64,000 nt of DNA from Enoplolaimus lenunculus (Eukaryota): NCBI GenBank assembly GCA_030248215.1, contig JASANG010003525.1:372001-436000 (forward strand), written 5' to 3'. A program made the position numbers and the translations under genes. How positions within the stretch are numbered: position 1 is the stretch's first letter; each line of letters starts with the position of its first letter. Positions 51,840 through 64,000 of this stretch are shown in pieces. The notes beneath the pieces are model-generated. The model was not told the DNA's origin, ran no database searches, and saw only the letters and a list, made by a program, of their open reading frames with translations.

Positions 51840-53319
51840 TTAATATTTATGCGAGTTGTCTGAGTGTAAGCATGTGGTTCGCGTATAGTAAGCATTTGAT
51901 TGAATGCTATTGGCCAGGGTGCAACCACAGGCGGAAAATACCGTGGCTGCAGGCCAAGAAAACGTGCCTGAAACGAAGGTGCAGTAAAATTACGAAGTTG
52001 AAATAATGTTTTGTTTGCTAATTTCAGCAATACCTATAAAGCGTTGTCATACAGTTCCGCTTTCTTTTAGTAAAACTATGAAAGATTTCATTGCTGAAAT
52101 TGCAACCCAAAACCGCAAGAAATCCGACCGGAGCAAGCACCGGAGCTGAAGGCAAATGTCTGGTATAGCCGGCCATTGTCATTTCGTTGTAAAATGCTCT
52201 ATAATTTGCAAAACATAAACATACGAATAATAAAGAAAAACGCAATTAACAATGTTCAATGCATATATTGGATATCAACAAACTTATATACAAAAATGAT
52301 AAAACAAACAGTGTTTAAACGAAAATAATCTAAGACACCTACTAGTAAGGCAAACATATTATACCAAAAATTAATCTGGTTTAGTAATATTGTAAATTTA
52401 ACCACAAACACAAGTAACATTGTACGGCGTAGCAATTACTTCAAATCTGTTTAAAATATTGCGCAGAGGCACGGTGTCAACAAAAGTTGGATTCGGATTC
52501 GGCAAAAATTGGCGGTTAAGATATTGTGAAAAAGTCGAATCCAACAATGCTCGGCAATATCCAAAGCACATATTATATTTATTATGAAACATCAGAAACA
52601 CACGTAGAACGTACCCGATAATTTTTAAAATGTTTTTAAAATATAGTTCGGAGCCCCCATTATATATTTTGAGTTAGATTCACTCACTCAATTGTATAAA
52701 CCTCAGTTGGTTTCTTGATTCATAATTCCTCGAGCTACGCGTCTTTTCAAGCCATTGAGATTTAACAATATGATTAAACAATGATATTAACGGATATGTA
52801 TGTACATCAGCACACATAGATACAATCATAGGCTTTGTAGGTGCAATACAAGGGTGCGGCGCAGCCAGAACAATAGTGTCGCTTTTGAACAGCGTGTCTA
52901 CCGATATGTATTATATTGAGAACTTATTGAAAAATAAAAAAACTACAAATACCGAAGGGTTTAGCCCATACACCACAGCTTACACTGAAGACAAAATAAA
53001 TTTATTACTAAGGCTTGTCCAGCTCAAGTCAAACATAGAATCGCTATCTTTACTGTTGTGGAAAATCCTCTGTCAGTTCGGTCTTGACATACATTTCGTG
53101 CAGCAGAGAATTTGTAGAAAACCAATGTCCTCTATGCTGCTCACTGATAATCCATCCATCACGAAATACAACTAGACAACCCTATAAGAATAATGGTAAA
53201 GTAACCTTCACCAGTATACAAGTTTTTCATAAAAATAACTGAGCATGTATCGTGTACCTTACACTTTGTAGGCATCTAACATACCGCTTAGTATAGTACA
53301 AATTAATCAATTCGCTTTC

Positions 53320-56300
53320 TCAAACCGACAAATCAAACAGTTCTGGAAGACCTTCGTCATCTTCGAGAGAAAACATATAATCGCTTGGATCAATAATATC
53401 GTCCATGTGTTCTCCATCAAGCACCGGTAGCAATGGACTCAGCCCAGCACTGTACAAATCAGCCAAATCCAAATTCGCCGCAGTCTCAGCCGCCGTTCGC
53501 GACGATTGGTTATTTGTTGCCGTTAGCTTCGTTTCGTTCGATTCTTCATCATCACCAGCGATTGCCTGCGACCAAGATTGATCATGCTGTTGCTTAGCAA
53601 CTGCAACAACCGAACAACTTGCTGAACATGGATCCGGTTTGATACACGGGTTGCTATTTGCAGCAATATAATTCTCCACCATTGTATTACCACCATCTTG
53701 TTGCAGAAATTGCTGTTCGCTACCAACATCAAATCCACGACTGCCAACATCCCTGGTCACACTTTCACTATTGAACCAAGATCGATCAGTTTGTTCGTCA
53801 ACACTATCTCTTGCCGTCGGCAGTTTGACCGTACTGTTTCCATGGCTACCGCATGATTGCGCTCTGAAACTGCTATATGAGGTATTCGAAGACCCGATGC
53901 AATTATTTTGTGTCACATCGCCGAAACTAGAATCTTGAGAAACTAGAGAAACTGTTCTGACTTGTGATTTGACAACGTCTGATTCAACATCGGAATTGTT
54001 TACATCGGCATGAATGACAATTTCGCTTACTGTCCCCGTGGTTGTGGCCGTTTGTTGCGTTGAAGTTTTACCCAGAATCTGTGTCATGCCGCTATTTCGA
54101 TTATAACAAGGTGCAACTGCAGTTGAGTTTTGCAATCCAACATATGCTACTATATCCGACCCACCGCTTTGGTTTAATGACCAACTGCATCCATCTGTGT
54201 TCTCACGGCACTTGTTTTCATAATCGAGGTAGTCGCACGATCCGTATGTAGTTCGACCATCTTAAAAAATACAAAACAGAATCACACTAACACTGAACGT
54301 TGGTTATAGCTGTGATGAACAAAAGAACTATAATAAACATGGGTACAAAATTTTTCTCAAATTCTGGAATATAGTGCAGCAGGGTTGCAAAGTTATGGGC
54401 CGCGAAAATACAGTTCTAACACGCACAGATTTGAAGAAGGTGTCTATCATTATCATTAACTTGCAAAATAAAGCCTTTATCAGGGTTATTCGTTTAAAAA
54501 ATTTGAAAGGCGTTTGCAAAGCAAAAATTTAAAAGATCTAGACTTTTGAACCAGTCATCCTACAACCCGAAGATGGTAATGTTCATCTCGGTTCGTCGGG
54601 ATCTATAAAATAAGCTACTTTTCATTAAATTTTTGCGCAGTCCATATTTCGCACCTTCACCAGACGCAAATACCACAGACGGAGCCAATAATCAGCCGTT
54701 TCTCAGCCCATGTCAACAAATTAATCGTTTACAAAATATTTGCGAAATACAGTAATTAGCCATGTGTCACATACTGCGTAAAAATCGTGACCTATAATAT
54801 CACGGTGTATCTACGACTAAATATGATTTAACTAACCTTTGATTGACTGAGTTTTGTCGGGACATATGAATACTTCAATTGGACCTGAGTGACTTTTGAT
54901 ATAGATTTGATTTTGCTAAAACACAAAATGCTAAAACGTTAAGATTTGGTTACGAAAATCTTAATAATTTTTAAAATATACTAACACGACATTTTTATTT
55001 GGACGTGCTATTTGTGGTTTGTAATCTTTTACGGAATCCTAAACACCTTAGCGACTTTTTATCTTCATTTAAATAAACTATGTAACACCCAAGTTTTAAG
55101 TCTAGCATGTAGGTAGGTAAGTACTCGTTTTCGTCATGGAAAGCAAGATTATTACAGAATGTCAACAATTATCACTCGCAAATCAGACCAGTTAATGTCC
55201 TTGGATTGTAATAGCTCCTCATACCGCCATTATCAATGTATGTAGTAATTTTCGAATTTTAATCAATATTGAGTTGAATTTGCAAAGATTAAAAACTCAC
55301 ACAGCTCTTGCGTGCACTAAAAGCCTTAATCGCACTTACGTTGGTTTCTTTCGGATTTGGAACTTCCAATGTGGATTCGCGAGGTGCTCGAATGAAGAAC
55401 ATTGTTTGATCAGCAAAATCTGGCAAAGCGCGGACATCTTGATACTGGACATACGCATATCGCCGCTGTTCAGCGTCGTCAATAACTTGTCGATCCCACG
55501 ATTCTTCCATTTCCGTGATGATCGAGTCAAGCTCGCGTTCCTGTAGTTCCAGCTCTTCGATTTCTTAAACAAGCAGCGTATCGGGTTGCAAAATATCCGG
55601 CGACATAAATTTAAAAGGGCGACAGCAATTTTCCTCGGAAAAATAAATTTTCGAAAGCTAAAACAAACATCTGATAACTACCAACTATTTGTTGTCAAAT
55701 ACCACGTTCCTACTAATATTATATTAGCTGGATGCCACGTCGCTGGCATAAAGAGCGCTACAACCACTATCTTTTTACGCCTACTAAAATAGTGCTAAGT
55801 TTAATACCGCAACGTTAGAACAATTCACAAATTTTTTTTGCTGGGTGTGCGGTGCGGCTCAAACCAGCAACGTAGAAATAATTGGCACGCTACTTTAACT
55901 CTACTGAGCCATAGTACGTATTTTGAATTGATTTCCACTATTGCAGATCATTCGTTCATCTGAGTAAACCGTAAGCCTCATACCGCTAAAGTCTCTCTAT
56001 CACATACCTTCTCGAATCAAGTTATAATCGTTTTCATCAGTCTTACCAACGTCCGAATCCCCGCTACGTTGTCTGAAAACAACAAGAAATTATACAGTGA
56101 AATCCATTGTGCGAAATCAATTACATTAATGTTAAGGATACTTAATAAAGCAAACCCGATACCAAAATAACTCACAAACTGCAAGTCACATAAATTTTAC
56201 ACCACAGTGATGAACCTTTTGGAAGAATATTCACTTGGGTTTGCAGTCTAGGCAATATAATGGCCAAGACTAAAAACGCGACCGAGGTCAGTTGACCATC

Positions 56301-59300
56301 GAAGATTACAAAAACCCACACCTTCTATAATTAGGTTAGGTTTAGCCAAGCTATAAAGATAATCTTGAACTAACTTCCATCGCACGTTATTTTTTCCGAC
56401 TTTCTCAATGAGTTCAATGCCTTCTAGCACATTTGTAATGTCATAAATACGACGTTTTTGGACGCTGAGTTTTTTGGCAACATCATTTAAATTGATCAGC
56501 TGAAACGAACAACCGTAGTCGTCTAAAGGTTATTAGTTGCAATGCTGGTTTAATATATACCATGTCTTGGATAAGTACAACCAAAGCACAACCTGGAAAA
56601 TTACGTTTCAGTACGTTAGGATCAGCGTGAGTGTACACGAACTTAACTTTTGAACAATTCCAATGACTGGTAAAACGAATAGTAATTACACATCAAAAAT
56701 CATTCTAAGTTGTGAAACGATAGGTTTTCGTTGTACACCGATGTCATAAGAGCATTTTTTTCGTCTTTTTAAAAATTTAAAAATACCAAAAAATCTATTT
56801 ACGCGCTGTAAAAATCTAAACATTATCACATCCCTTAGCGTCACAACATAGTACGTACCCCATTTCCTTGATTCAAAAGATCAATAAACTTCTTTGTTAA
56901 AATCGATAACGAATTGTCACACCGAAGTGTGTATGGAGATCGAGAATCTAAAATGTAAAAAACAATTACTACTAGTCTACTGTCTGCTCCAATTATGATT
57001 CAACGAATATTGAATTGAAATTGTCCAAAAATCAAAATTTCCCAATTTGGCAATAAAAGAATGAAAATTTGGATAAACCTATCCAAACCTTATATGCAGT
57101 ACGTACACTAATAGCAATATATACATCGATTCTGTGTTGCTTGATCATTATATTTATTTTAAATTTGAATATTTACAACTAGAGAGAATAGATCAATCAT
57201 ATATATACAATCAGGGTGCAAAGCGGAACTAGATTATACCAGAATCGGAATTCTAATCAATCTGAACTCAAAATTTTGTGACTTTACGGATAATTTGTAT
57301 TAACAAACATAGTATATATTGATTCAGGGTGTCTGTTGACTGGCAACAATTTTCAAAAACGTCGCATGAACAACGTGGTGACGATTTTTGGTTCTGTATA
57401 GCTAAACCACAATCTATTATTAATAAATTAACTCATCGAATGCAATTTAATAGAAAATAATACAGAATTCATAATATGCAATATATCAAAACACATAGAA
57501 TTAAAATTATAATTTCAAAATTCCGATTCCAATTATTTGTGCAATCGGAATCAAAATCCGGAACTTGTTTTGAATCGGAATTCTAATCGGAATAGGAATT
57601 CCGGTTGCACCTTGATATATATCCAATGCAACGGGATCTTTCTTTCATCTCATACCTGCCGCCCCAAAAGAATGAGGCGTCATAAATAGCGGTTTCACTC
57701 CTGTCATGATCGATGTACTCTCGCGTGGTGACGTGAGCGACATGTTTGTCGCGCCCATTGACGTAACTCCAGCAGGAGTAGTAAACACTTGACTCAGCGT
57801 TCTGCAATTCGACATGCTACTAGCGGATGTGGCTATTTCGGTTGTACTGCTCGTTTTCTGACAATCGTTCAACTTCCGTTTGCGTTCAGATGAACTCCCA
57901 TCGGATTTGCAGGAATTTCGATGTGCAGAACCAAACGACGATGCAGACGCGCATGCCATGTGAGAACCATACATACTAGCAGGAGTTCCTGTCTCAACAT
58001 ACGAATTCGGTCTCCGCTTGGTTTCATCACTCATCAATATAGGCACTCCTGGTGTTCGAAAAACATCCGACTGAACCTGTGCTGCTCTGGCGTTAGCACA
58101 TTGAGATATTGATATTTCTTCCTTCTTAACACTCGCAGCAAGCGACTGCTGTGCACTGTGAACCTTTTCGTGGTTGTTGCTTGTGTCGTTGTTAAATATA
58201 TTATTCGTTGATCTTGAATCACGGTCACGTTCATGCCGCTGCCAGTCGCCTAAATAGAAAACATGATTTGCAGAACACTAGTTGCACACGAAATTATTAC
58301 AGTTCATCTTTTTGATCAACTAGTCAAAAACGTAACTCAAGCAGCAATTTTTCGCAATTTCTTTCTCGTGTTCATTTATCTTACAAAATCACATAGCAAA
58401 TATTTCAATCTAACAACTAGGGATGTGCCGATTAATCGGCACTATTCGTGAGTATCGGCATAGGAACTGCAAAAAATGCTGATTGTTTGCCGATACTTTT
58501 TGCACATAACAGTCGGTTGGAATGCTATCAATTCAACTTCTTGGCGTATATCAGTCTGTCTGATCAGAGAAACTATTATCCCTCTTGCGTTTGTGTTTGA
58601 AGAAATTAAATGAAACTAGTGGTAGTAGGACTATATACATGTATTCAGCAAAGCTCGAACACACTTAAGTAAGCAATTCAGCTAATATGCAAATTAGCGG
58701 TTAGCTAACTATTCATTTATCGATTTTAGAGGTTTGTAAACAAATTATGGAGAATCTTCGCACCCAAAAACCCTTCAGTAACCCTAATAATTATTGAAAT
58801 GTTGCAAAACTTCTAATTTAGGCTTATCAATTATGCTAATATGCACAGTAGCTATTAGCTAACTATTCAATTATCGGTTTTGAAGGTTTGCACACAATAT
58901 ATTCAGATTCCTCACACCCAAACACCCTTTAAAAATTAGATTGCTTGTAACCCTAATAATTAGTGAAATATCGCAACAAGTCCTAATTTATGTTTACCAA
59001 TTATGCTAATATGCAAAATAGCTATTTGCGAACTACGCAATTATCGGTTTTGAAGATTTGTAGACAATTTATTCAGCCTCTTCGCACCCACAAACTTCTT
59101 AGTACTGAGATTACATTGCTTGCAACCGTACTAATTAGCGAAATATCTTAAATTAAAAACTCCCAAATTAGGCTTAACCAATTATGCAAATTAGTCTGTA
59201 GCTAATAAACGGCTTAAAATGTTAAAACACCAATGAGAAATTAACATCCCGGGATTACAGGCTTTCAAACAAAAAACGTTATCAAAATCGATACAACGGT

Positions 59301-60814
59301 TCTTGAGATTCTTTTCGGAAGGACAGACGGACGGACGGACATCCACCTTTCGACTGCCGAGCACAGAATATAAAACGCTTCACGAATCTCCTAGCTTCGC
59401 TCAATGAACCGTTCCCAAAAAATCATAATCGTTTAATGTGGTTAGCGTTTAAGTCTTCCAGTATTGATGTAATGAAGAAACCTATCTGTTCTTTAAGCAT
59501 GGTGTACTAAAGTTGGATTCGGCATCAGTTCAGCATTATCGGTTCGGCCAATTTTCTATATAAGAATCGACATTGGTACCGGGAAAAATTTTGGTATCGA
59601 TATAGCACTACTAACAACATTGTAACTCAAATGAAATGAAAGGCATTCATTTCGAACCAATAATTTAGCAACTACAACCGGATACCGAATATTTACGGTT
59701 GCGATGCCGACGGTCGCTGCCAAGTCAAACCCTTACCGCCAGAGGAGGAGCTGGGAAAAGCGAAATGTGGGGGAGATAAGTAAATTTATTTGTACCTTAA
59801 AATATGTGTTTAGATATTGGAGCAAGGGGAGCTCGAATGAGAGTGTAGGGCCCTTTCCCCCACTAGGCAAGCCCCAGAAATTCAAGCCTAGCTTAATCAG
59901 CACAATATAATTTTAAGAAAAATACATTAAAAATTAATGATGGTTGTACATTTGTTATAAGCTCTATCAATTGCACAAGTGCTTTTATACACGTGCATAA
60001 AACAAAAAATACTGCAGGCAGATAGTCAGAAACATGATGCAATGCAAAATAAAACTTCAATTAACTACTCTTTAGGGTCTATTGTGAAACCTACCACCAG
60101 TGCTTATCAGTCCGCTTGGATCAAATTTAACATCTGCATTGTGGTCGAACCTATTAACAGTTGTTGTACCCAAAAGAGGGGGAGTAATTTCTGCTGGCGA
60201 TGACTGTACCACAATCTCCGCTTGAATATCAAGCTCAGACGGTGCATGATGCATCAATCCTGAATCATTTAGTGAGCAAGAAGTTTGATACTCAAACTGA
60301 ATTGGCCCAGTTGGCGTTGTCAAGTGTTTGTCGACGATGGCCAATGCTATTTCGCCATTTGTATAAGCTGAGGTGTCCTTTTTTAATGTATTCTGATAGG
60401 CTGAAACACATTTATCATCCCACACAAGATCATGAGCATTCAGAACTATACTATCGTTGTGACCATCTGTAGTTCGTTGAAGCAGTGGTTCCGTCTTAAT
60501 AGTGTTGTTCAATTGATTCGTACCAAGTTCAAGGCGTCTTTTAGCCTAAAAACAAAATATAAAGCACTGAATCAATTCAAAATACACAAGAAATCCTTGC
60601 ATCGTTTTACTATATATACATTAAGCCGAAGTGATCAACGAGAAATTCGTTATAAAATTTCAAATGTAAACATTTTTCCACAATTCTAACGATCGAGACT
60701 ATAATGCTAGAACACAAAAAGGTCCTCGTAGGGTTCGGAACGCCGTCGGAATATTAAATATATAATATATGTATATGTATATATAATAATACGTACCTGA
60801 CGTTCCTGTGCCAT
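53320..60814 (-). CDS. E2F: E2F transcription factor, activator (E2F1-3-like) architecture, 861 aa. Exons: 60797-60814, 60095-60545, 57656-58249, 56859-56947, 56375-56499, 56008-56072, 55340-55563, 54837-54915, 53320-54260
   Basis: DNA-binding domain [13 protein letters not shown]...[31 protein letters not shown]; marked box YAYV.YQD....[24 protein letters not shown]; pocket-protein motif [18 protein letters not shown]-terminal AKRRLEL; all junctions GT-AG and in phase. Confidence 0.95.
58418..59610. mobile_element. TAGGGATG-family hAT MITE with a nested ~790-bp insertion (about 58616-59402; GACG microsatellite, Helentron/DINE-like)
   Basis: Perfect TSD CTAACAAC; MITE sequence resumes after 59402; GACAGACGGACGGACGGAC near the insert end. 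Confidence 0.75.
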
Positions 60815-61726
60815 CGTTCAAACCAAAAGTCAGATTGCGCAATAGCAAACCCGGCAATATTTTAATGTGAATACTGCTGTTGTTAATTTCATAGTACCTC
60901 TCATAACTAGTGCTATCGAATAACCCACAGTATATCGCGCAATGCAGATGTACCAAAACAAACCAAGTTTTGCACAACGTAACGCACCTATTTGTTACAC
61001 TTTTAATAGTTTTTCCACTTTTTAACCCAAGCTAGGGCCCCTTGACATGAATTGCATTTTTCACCTAAGCTAGGACCCCTTCATATGAATATTTGAGAAT
61101 TTTAAGCGTCTTGTTCGCTACGTTCGCCGAGTTTCATTGACTGGTAGGACCACGGTGAGGCTCCTCGAAATTGAAATTTTACCTACCATGCCATTTGATA
61201 CAAAAATACGCCTGGCTTCTAGCTCATTTCATTCGTGACTTTTCATCGAGATTTGCTAACAGCGGTAATTAGCAGGGCACAACCGGATACCAAAAACTGA
61301 CGGAGCTGGATAATAATTTATTACCCGGCCGGAGCCGGATAATGAACTGAAATCTCATACTAGATCGCAGTGAGTTTCGGTGGCTAGGAACCGACACTAG
61401 AAATCGAGGATTCGCAAATGCTGGTAGACCTGTCAAAAGCAGAAGTTAATATTGTTGAAGCAAGTAATGCTTGGCGAATAAAATTTCGTTATGAACCTAT
61501 GAATTTTTATAATAGCGCAATTACTATTAGCAGATATTATGAAAGCACATAAAAACGCACGAAAACAGGAGTAGAAATAATTTACTTGAAAATTTAATGT
61601 TTTTCGGGTAATGACCAAAAGTAGACCGAGATTTCTGATGACCGGTATCTGCCCATCTCTGGCTCGGATTAAGGCTACGTATTATTTTTGCTAAGGCTTA
61701 GGCTTAGTGATAGGCGGTTGCACCCT

Positions 61727-62708
61727 CAGGGTTCCAACAGGAACTTAATTTTGAAGGAACAGGAACAGGCACAGGAATTCAAATTTTTTGCAAGAACCGG
61801 AATTTCAAATAACTTCATCAAGTTTTGCGAAAACGCAACAGAAACAGTTTATTAACAAAATTAAAGAAATTGAAAAAACAAGTTTCCAATGTTTAAATGA
61901 TTATGAATACTATGCCACAAAACCGGAAAAAATCAGGCTTTTGCATCTTTGAAAACTGGAACAGGAATTGATTTTTGCAGGAATTCCGGTTGAACCCTGG
62001 TATATAATTAGAGAGACAAATTCATATCCATTGATTATCTAAAACCTTAAACATCTTCCCTGTGTGACTGATTAGCCATTTTTATTACAAGATATCAATT
62101 AATTTTCGAAGAAAATAGTTTGAAAGAATAAAGTTTTGTGATATTAGTCAGGTGCAGATGACAATAAACACCTGCCCATGAACTGAAACTATAAACCGAA
62201 CTTTGAGGGTACTTACAAAATTAGACCACCACCAGTTGAATGTATTTTCAAAAACATTGTTTATTTGTACGCTAGAAAGGTACCCAAAATACCAGGGTTC
62301 AACCGGAATTCCTATTCCAGCCAGAATTCCAGGTAAAATTAAATTTCTGTCCCTGTTCCTGCATTCACAGGTGCAGGAACCGGAATTTATACGGTTTGGG
62401 TTCAAATTACTCGTAATCATCTAAATTTTGGAAACCTTGTCTTTGAAAAATTGTTATTTCGAAATGAGAGTTGTGGCAATTAGTTCAATTTCATCAGTAA
62501 TATGTTTCTGATGTTTTTTCGCAAAACTTCATGATGAAACTGTTGAACATTCGCTCAAGCTATTTTTGGCAAGTTTTCTAAAATGTCCAATAGTATTTCG
62601 GTAATGAATGTTATTTCAAATTCCGGTTCCTGTTCCTGTTCCGGTCCCTGCAAAGATATTCAATTCATGTTCCTGTTCCGGCAAAATTTAGTTCCTGTTG
62701 GAACCCTG
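61727..62708. mobile_element. Two inverted CAGGGTTC-family hAT MITEs (61727-61999 and 62293-62708)
   Basis: TIRs CAGGGTTC / GAACCCTG; second copy has perfect TSD CAAAATAC; partial copy at about 36024. Confidence 0.8.
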
Positions 62709-62969
62709 CAAAATACGCATGTGGGACGTTTCAGCTATAATAATATAAGATATGACACATTTTGTGTTATTCGGGATATGTAGAGGGCAATATGATTTAG
62801 ATTGCTTTGGCCGCAACCTTTGATGTGAGCAACATATAAATATATAACATATACGTATGTGTATACGTATCTTAGGGTCCGACAAAAATAAAATGTCATG
62901 GGAAGAGAAACAGGTACAGAAATTCACTTTTGTGCGAACAGGAATTATAAAAACTAAAAATATTACATT

Positions 62970-63530
62970 GTAAGCATGTGAGACATGCTTGTCCTAGTGC
63001 ATATGCAATAAATGCAACGCACATTGTGGTGTACGGTCGACACATATAGTCTACGAAAAACGCAGTTGGAGGCGGGCTACATGGCGCGGTGGTAGAGTGC
63101 TCGCTTAAGGATCCATAGGCTGAGAGTTCGATCCGCGCTCTAGCTCGCTTTTCCAGCTGCTGAGTTAAAAATTCTGATGTCCCGGTTCCTACCTAGACTG
63201 ACATGGGGGCTACGCCGTGAGCGCAATGGCAAATTGCCGCGCTATGAGCACGGTATCCAGTCGAATATAGGATGGACGGTCAAGGGACGACCTTGTTGAA
63301 AATAAGGGCTTGTAAGCATGTGAGATATGCTTGTCCGTTAAATATAGTGCAGTGCACTGTATGTATGCTAGCTGGCAGCATACGGTCGACACATATAGTC
63401 GACGAAAAATGCAGTGATAGAGTGCTCGCTTAAGGATCCGTAGGCTGAAAGTTCGATCCCCGCTCTAGCCCGCTTTTTCAGCTGCTTAGTTAAAAGTCTG
63501 AAATCCCGGTTCCTACCTTGACTGACATAA
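62970..63530 (+). mobile_element. Tandem tRNA-derived SINE-like repeat, ~342-bp unit (about 1.6 copies)
   Basis: Box A TGGCGCGGTGG at 63082, box B GTTCGATCC at 63126 and 63451; GTAAGCATGTGAGA recurs at 62970 and 63312. Confidence 0.8.
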
Positions 63531-64000
63531 ATCACCGGATTATTGTTTAAATTGAAAGTTTACCCGGTACTTAATACAAAAATTATAAAACAGCTCTCTT
63601 TAGGCAACATTTCTACATTGACACTATCGTATACTGATCATGAAAGCAAGAAACCTTAAAAATTCGGCACTCTAATTTACTGCAGTACCTATCAATTCAC
63701 AACATATGTAGAAATGGCGGGAAATTGAAAATTTAGATATTTCAACAAAATCAAAAATAAAACATGGAAAACGTTTTAAACATGGAATTATTACGCTTTT
63801 ACAGGTATAACATAAGACTGAAACGATTGTAAATTTCTTTTTCATGTGTCTAAGCCGGACCGTTTTATGCAAAACAGCCCTTTCAAATAGGTAGCTATGT
63901 ATTAAATGCTTGTGACATACGATTGCACGGAGGCAAAATGAAACTGCATGCTAATATGCTGCACATCGGTAAAACATTGATGCATATGTAGTATCTTCAT

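Noticed and set aside
58034..58234. Track [12 protein letters not shown] as an E2F exon
   Set aside because: Wrong frame; exon 57656-58249 is open in the frame of ORF 57645-58046
63075..63150. Functional tRNA gene (also 51269-51335, 7510-7580, 8775-8840)
   Set aside because: Boxes A and B are present but there is no intact acceptor or anticodon stem, and all are embedded in repeats
63157..63180. Hammerhead ribozyme core in the SINE (CTGCTGAG...CTGAAA)
   Set aside because: The CUGANGA core is not conserved among the three copies and stems I and III cannot be formed

Overview
AT-rich eukaryotic genomic DNA from an intron-rich invertebrate, probably a nematode (TTTCAG acceptors, degenerate TTAGGC-like tracts; the taxon is an inference). 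Three host genes can be assembled by hand: an intronless GTP cyclohydrolase I feedback regulator (4005-4274 +), a 24-exon THADA/Trm732 gene (11507-45966 +, about 1546 aa) with a ~15 kb intron (27000-41961), and a 9-exon activator-type E2F (53320-60814 -, 861 aa). The rest is dense with mobile DNA: hAT-type MITEs with 8-bp TSDs, TA-flanked Tc1/mariner elements (DD41D transposase), a piggyBac-type foldback element, tRNA-derived SINEs, an 81-bp satellite and a decayed Maverick/Polinton remnant. The best unexplained signals are (1) a ~345-nt GC-rich island in the giant THADA intron that folds, on the sense strand only, into a closed multibranch structure with a pseudoknot, (2) tandem tRNA-headed ~340-360-bp repeats with a possible HDV-like ribozyme fold, and (3) a duplicated TATA+TCAGT promoter module in front of Maverick ORFs. 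All homology calls come from motif recognition by eye; no searches were run.
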